This document shows, piece by piece, positions 60,209 to 64,000 of a stretch of DNA of 64,000 nucleotides. A program made the translations under genes and the position numbers. The stretch is from Candidatus Omnitrophota bacterium (GTDB lineage Bacteria > Omnitrophota > Gorgyraeia > 2-01-FULL-45-10): the NCBI GenBank assembly GCA_026387175.1, contig JAPLME010000003.1:41178-105177 (forward strand), read 5' to 3'. How positions within the stretch are numbered: the stretch's first letter is position 1; each line of letters opens with the position of its first letter. The notes under the pieces were generated by a model. It was not told the origin of the DNA. It saw only the letters and a program-made list of their open reading frames with translations, and did not search any database.

Positions 60209-62514
60209 ATCAGTTTCACTTCCAATTCAAGATCTATCCCGTAATTTTCTTTTACTTTGCCTTTTATAAAGTCGACTAGCTCAAGCACGTCTTTACAGCT
60301 GGCGTTGCCGCGGTTTATTATGAAGTTCGCATGCTTACAGGAAACCTCGGCGCCGCCTATTCTCTTGCCTTTAAGCTTAAGCATGTCTATCATCTGAGCG
60401 CATGTGAACTGGGAATTATCCGGATTTTTGAATATGCATCCCGCGCTCGGGTAATCGAGCGCCTGTTTATCTTTTTTCATCTTCAGAAACCTGCCGCAGC
60501 TTGAGATCAGAGCGGACCTTTCGGACCTATCAAGCTTAAGTTGGGCCTCCAGCACTATATACCGATCAAGGTTTGAAGATCTATAACCAAAAACAAGATC
60601 TTTCTTCTTTAGCGTCTTTATCCTTCCTCTGTAGTCCATAACTTTTAATGACGTAATGAGCTCGCCGATATTCCTGTAGGCCGGATTTTTATGACCGCCG
60701 GCGTTCATATATATGGCTCCGCCTGTCGTGCCGGGTATTCCGACGAGTGACTCCATCCCCCCAAGACCGTTTTCACAAACCATCCGCACAAGTTTCGGCA
60801 AACTGAAGCCGGCCCCTACAGTAACTTTGGCACCGGTTATCTTAATCTTCCTGAAAGCTTCCGCGCCGAGATGAACCAGTATGCCGTTAAAACCGCTATC
60901 TGATGCCAGGACGTTGGACCCGTTGCCTATGATGAACATCAGTATCTTATATTTGGCTATAAAGATGAGGACTTTGCGCAGGTCCTTAACATCTGCGGGC
61001 TCGATCCATATTTCCGATCGTCCGCCTATCCTGAAGGATGTGCGGCGTGAAAGTTTTTCGCCGGTTACTATTCTGCCCTTCGTTTTTCTTTTTAAGTCCG
61101 CTATCAATTTTTTGTTCAGCGAATAGTTTACCGGAGCGCTCACCTCTCTATTGAGCATATCGGACAACCTGTCCGCGACATTCTTTATATCGCCGGCACC
61201 AAGCACAAGGATCATATCGCCGGATTTCTTTATTCGCATCACATGTTCCGGAATAGCTTCTTTTTTTAAGACCGTGACATCGGAGATGCCGTTCTCCTTC
61301 GCTTTATCATACACATTCATTATCGAAACACCCCTTATAGCCTTCTCGCTTGCGGCATAGATATCGGTAAGTATCAGCTTATCGACGCCTTTGAAACATC
61401 TGCCAAACTCATCCACAAGAAATTTAGTGCGTGAGAATCTGTGCGGTTGAAATATCGCGACGACCCTCTTTGGCTTCCAATTACGACATGCATCCAGGAC
61501 CGCCCTTATCTCGGTCGGATGGTGGGCGTAATCGTCTATCAGCATTACTCCGTCGACATCGGCCCTGAGCTGGAAACGGCGTTTTGCGCCGTCAAAATTT
61601 TTTATCGAGCGCGTTATTTCCTTGAAAGCGATCCCGAGTTTTAATCCGACGAGTATGGCAGCCATCGCATTCAATATATTATGCCTGCCGGGGATGCTTA
61701 AATTTACACTGCCCAGCACTTTATTCTTATAGACGCACCTGAAAGACGTATTAAACCCATCCATCTTTATGCCGATCGGATACATATCGGCGTTCCTGGA
61801 GAAACCGAATCCTTCGCTATGCTTGCGGAAGCCTTTCATAGCTATCCGTGTATTCATATCCTCGGCATTATAAAAGACCGCGCCGCCGTTTTTTATGTTA
61901 TCAATGAACGCCCTGTAAGACGCGTGAATATGTTCAAGGGATTTGAAGTGGTCGAGATGCTCCATCTCCATATTAGTAATTACAGCATAGAGGGGTTTGA
62001 GATGAATGAAAGAACCGTCGCTCTCATCAGCTTCAGCGACAGCGTAAGGCCCGGCGCCCAGTTTAGCATTGCCGTTAAATTGGCTGACCTCGCCGCCTAT
62101 TATCGCAGTCGGCCCGAGCCTGGCATTCTCGAGCATTATCGATATAAGCGAGGTAGTAGTGGTCTTGCCATGAGTGCCGCTAACCGCGATGCCTTTCTTG
62201 CTATTGAATATCTCACCGAGCATACGGGCGCGATGCACTATGCCGGCTTTTCGCCTCAAACCCTCTTTCATCTCAGGGTTATCCTTCGTTATGGATGAAG
62301 AATAAACAAGGATATCGAGACTTCCGGGAAGATTTGAGGCCCTGTGCCCGGCGAACATCCTGCCGCCCATGGCTTCCAGCCGCTCCGTTATATGGCTCTT
62401 TTCGATATCTGAACCCGATATGTTATGGCCCATCTCCAGCAGGATCTGGGCGATGCCGCTCATCCCTATCCCGCCAACCCCCACAAAATGTATATTCTTT
62501 TTTTTGCTGAGCAT
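60205..62514 (-). CDS. murC: Bifunctional MurC-MurB fusion (UDP-N-acetylmuramate--L-alanine ligase plus UDP-N-acetylenolpyruvoylglucosamine reductase)
   Basis: N-terminal ~460 aa: IHFVGVGGIGMSGIA and Mur ligase motifs. C-terminal ~300 aa: FAD-binding MurB (RIGGRSEIW...GNGSNVL). Confidence 0.9.
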   Translation of the reverse strand: MLSKKKNIHFVGVGGIGMSGIAQILLEMGHNISGSDIEKSHITERLEAMGGRMFAGHRASNLPGSLDILVYSSSITKDNPEMKEGLRRKAGIVHRARMLGEIFNSKKGIAVSGTHGKTTTTSLISIMLENARLGPTAIIGGEVSQFNGNAKLGAGPYAVAEADESDGSFIHLKPLYAVITNMEMEHLDHFKSLEHIHASYRAFIDNIKNGGAVFYNAEDMNTRIAMKGFRKHSEGFGFSRNADMYPIGIKMDGFNTSFRCVYKNKVLGSVNLSIPGRHNILNAMAAILVGLKLGIAFKEITRSIKNFDGAKRRFQLRADVDGVMLIDDYAHHPTEIRAVLDACRNWKPKRVVAIFQPHRFSRTKFLVDEFGRCFKGVDKLILTDIYAASEKAIRGVSIMNVYDKAKENGISDVTVLKKEAIPEHVMRIKKSGDMILVLGAGDIKNVADRLSDMLNREVSAPVNYSLNKKLIADLKRKTKGRIVTGEKLSRRTSFRIGGRSEIWIEPADVKDLRKVLIFIAKYKILMFIIGNGSNVLASDSGFNGILVHLGAEAFRKIKITGAKVTVGAGFSLPKLVRMVCENGLGGMESLVGIPGTTGGAIYMNAGGHKNPAYRNIGELITSLKVMDYRGRIKTLKKKDLVFGYRSSNLDRYIVLEAQLKLDRSERSALISSCGRFLKMKKDKQALDYPSAGCIFKNPDNSQFTCAQMIDMLKLKGKRIGGAEVSCKHANFIINRGNASCKDVLELVDFIKGKVKENYGIDLELEVKLI

Positions 62515-62515
62515 T

Positions 62516-63619
62516 TTATCTTCTCTCTAAAGCGATCACTTCTCTCGCCAGGTTGTCTGAGGCTTGCCCAACGGAGAGCCGGTGGGCCGCCTCGCCCAAA
62601 CTTCTCATCTTATCGCCGTCTTTGATCAGGCCGAGAATTAAATTCGAGAAGATACCAGCACTCAGGTCCTTCTCCTCTACCAGTATGGCCGCGCCGTCTT
62701 GCTGGAAGACACGCGCATTATCAAGCTGATGGCTCATAGCGTACGGATACGGTATAAGTATCATCGGCTTTTTTAAAAAGGCGAGTTCGAATATAGCCGA
62801 AGCGCCGGACCTGGTCACCACAAGATCCGCGGAAGCGTAAGCCTCCTCTATCCTGTCGAGGAACGAATGGACCCTGTAATCTATCCCGAGCTCTTCATAA
62901 GCCTTAAGCGCCCATTCATAATCTTTAACGCCCGTTATGTGGATAACCTGCACAGAGCACCTCTGCCCGGGATCCATTATCGAAAGGGCGTCAATGAATG
63001 TCCTGTTAAGGAAAGCCGCGCCCTGACTGCCGCCTATAACGAGTATCGTTAACTTATTCCCGTCCAGGCCAAAACGTTTCATGCCGTAAGCGCGATCGCC
63101 CTTCGAGATCTCACTGCGTATAGGGTTGCCGGTCAATACGCATTTTTCCGAGTATCTGCCGATCGCATCTTTAGTCTCTTCAAAGCTGACAGCTATTTTA
63201 CTCACAAACTTAAAGAGCAGCTTATTAGCTCTACCGGGCACCACGTTCTGCTCATGCGCTATTGTAGGTATGCCGACCAGCCCGGCGGCAAATATTACGG
63301 GGAAAGATACATAGCCCCCGAAACCCACCACGACATCCGGTTTGTATGAAAGAATCATAGATAAGGCTTTAAATATATCGGCCAGCAGCCTGAAACATAC
63401 GATGACCATGCCCGGTGAAAATTTATACGCAAGCTTGTTCGCTGAAAGGGTACTGAAGGGCACACCCTCCTTCTCGAACATTCTCCTGTCGAGGGCCTTA
63501 TCGCTTCCAATATACATTATAGCGGCGTCTTTATCCAGCGCCGAAATCGAGCGGCCCAGGGCTATCGCCGGAAATATATGGCCGCCTGAACCACCCGCGG
63601 CTATTATGATCTTCTTCAC
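62516..63619 (-). CDS. murG: Lipid II synthase MurG (UDP-GlcNAc transferase)
   Basis: KIIIAAGGSGGHIFPAIAL N-terminus; GT28. Confidence 0.9.
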   Translation of the reverse strand: MKKIIIAAGGSGGHIFPAIALGRSISALDKDAAIMYIGSDKALDRRMFEKEGVPFSTLSANKLAYKFSPGMVIVCFRLLADIFKALSMILSYKPDVVVGFGGYVSFPVIFAAGLVGIPTIAHEQNVVPGRANKLLFKFVSKIAVSFEETKDAIGRYSEKCVLTGNPIRSEISKGDRAYGMKRFGLDGNKLTILVIGGSQGAAFLNRTFIDALSIMDPGQRCSVQVIHITGVKDYEWALKAYEELGIDYRVHSFLDRIEEAYASADLVVTRSGASAIFELAFLKKPMILIPYPYAMSHQLDNARVFQQDGAAILVEEKDLSAGIFSNLILGLIKDGDKMRSLGEAAHRLSVGQASDNLAREVIALERR

Positions 63620-64000
63620 CTTACCGCCTCGCAGCTCTTTGCCGCATTCAGCAATAGGCCGACCGCCACCAGATGAAACATCAGCCCGCTTCCGCCATAG
63701 CTTATGAAAGGCAGCGGCAGCCCCTTCGTTGGAAGAGCGCCCGCGGTCACGCCTATATTTATTATCGCCTCGAGGGCTATCATCGACACCACGCCGAAAC
63801 TGAGCATCTTTTCGAAAATCCCCGAGGTCCTCATCACCACTTTCATTCCTTCCCAGACAAATAGAATAAACAATACCACAACCGACGCCGTACCTATGAA
63901 ACCGAGCTCCTCTCCTATTATCGAGAATATGAAATCGGTATGTGAGGCAGGGAGATAGAATAATTTCTGTCTCGACTGCCCGAGACCGACGCCCAATAAC
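63616..64000 (-). CDS. ftsW: FtsW (SEDS), C-terminal part; the gene continues beyond the window end
   Basis: SEDS C-terminal motifs (LPxKGxxLPFISYGGSS); stop overlaps murG. Confidence 0.8.
   Translation of the reverse strand, partial: LLGVGLGQSRQKLFYLPASHTDFIFSIIGEELGFIGTASVVVLFILFVWEGMKVVMRTSGIFEKMLSFGVVSMIALEAIINIGVTAGALPTKGLPLPFISYGGSGLMFHLVAVGLLLNAAKSCEAVR

Overview
This 64 kb window is bacterial chromosome, probably from an uncultivated lineage. It is densely coded, and all but three confident genes lie on the minus strand. Most of it is housekeeping: prfA (partial), rpmE, rho, coaE, glgA and polA; a pseudouridine synthase, a membrane-fused spermidine-synthase-like protein, ccdA-like, a radical SAM gene, recJ, a CDF transporter, secDF, yajC, tgt and queA; the mreBCD-mrdA-rodA rod-shape operon; aroA, rluD, lgt, lspA, a dksA-like gene, ileS, mtnP, yggT, proC and yggS; and part of the division/cell-wall (dcw) cluster, ftsW-murG-murC::murB-ddl-ftsQ-ftsA, with no ftsZ.

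Two accessory regions stand out. (1) Positions 7.0-11.7 kb hold a complete diversity-generating retroelement (DGR), adjacent to an AbrB-RelE/ParE toxin-antitoxin pair. The cassette order on the minus strand is target gene (FGE/C-type-lectin fold with a C-terminal VR), Avd, spacer, TR, reverse transcriptase. About 18 TR/VR mismatches all fall on TR adenines. The reverse transcriptase gene is interrupted by a 1-nt frameshift in a G12 homopolymer. The target gene carries a (TC)11 repeat in its signal-peptide coding region and is flanked by inverted hairpin repeats. (2) Positions 41.6-57.4 kb are an accessory block inserted where ftsZ and its usual neighbours would be expected. It holds a 968-aa multidomain protein with a CheR-like methyltransferase core (lower GC), a GHL10 hydrolase, small zinc-ribbon and other small proteins, two paralogous alpha/beta hydrolases, an acyl-CoA ligase, a PilZ protein, an ECF sigma/anti-sigma/CpxP-like envelope-stress module with a textbook ECF promoter, and a glycerol kinase plus glycerol-3-phosphate dehydrogenase cluster.

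Other noted elements: a duplicated 51-nt structured leader upstream of rpmE and yajC; two 32-bp perfect palindromes with a GTTTAAAC core; a 580-bp ORF-free, highly structured candidate ncRNA region between rodA and queA; and several near-consensus sigma-70 promoters.
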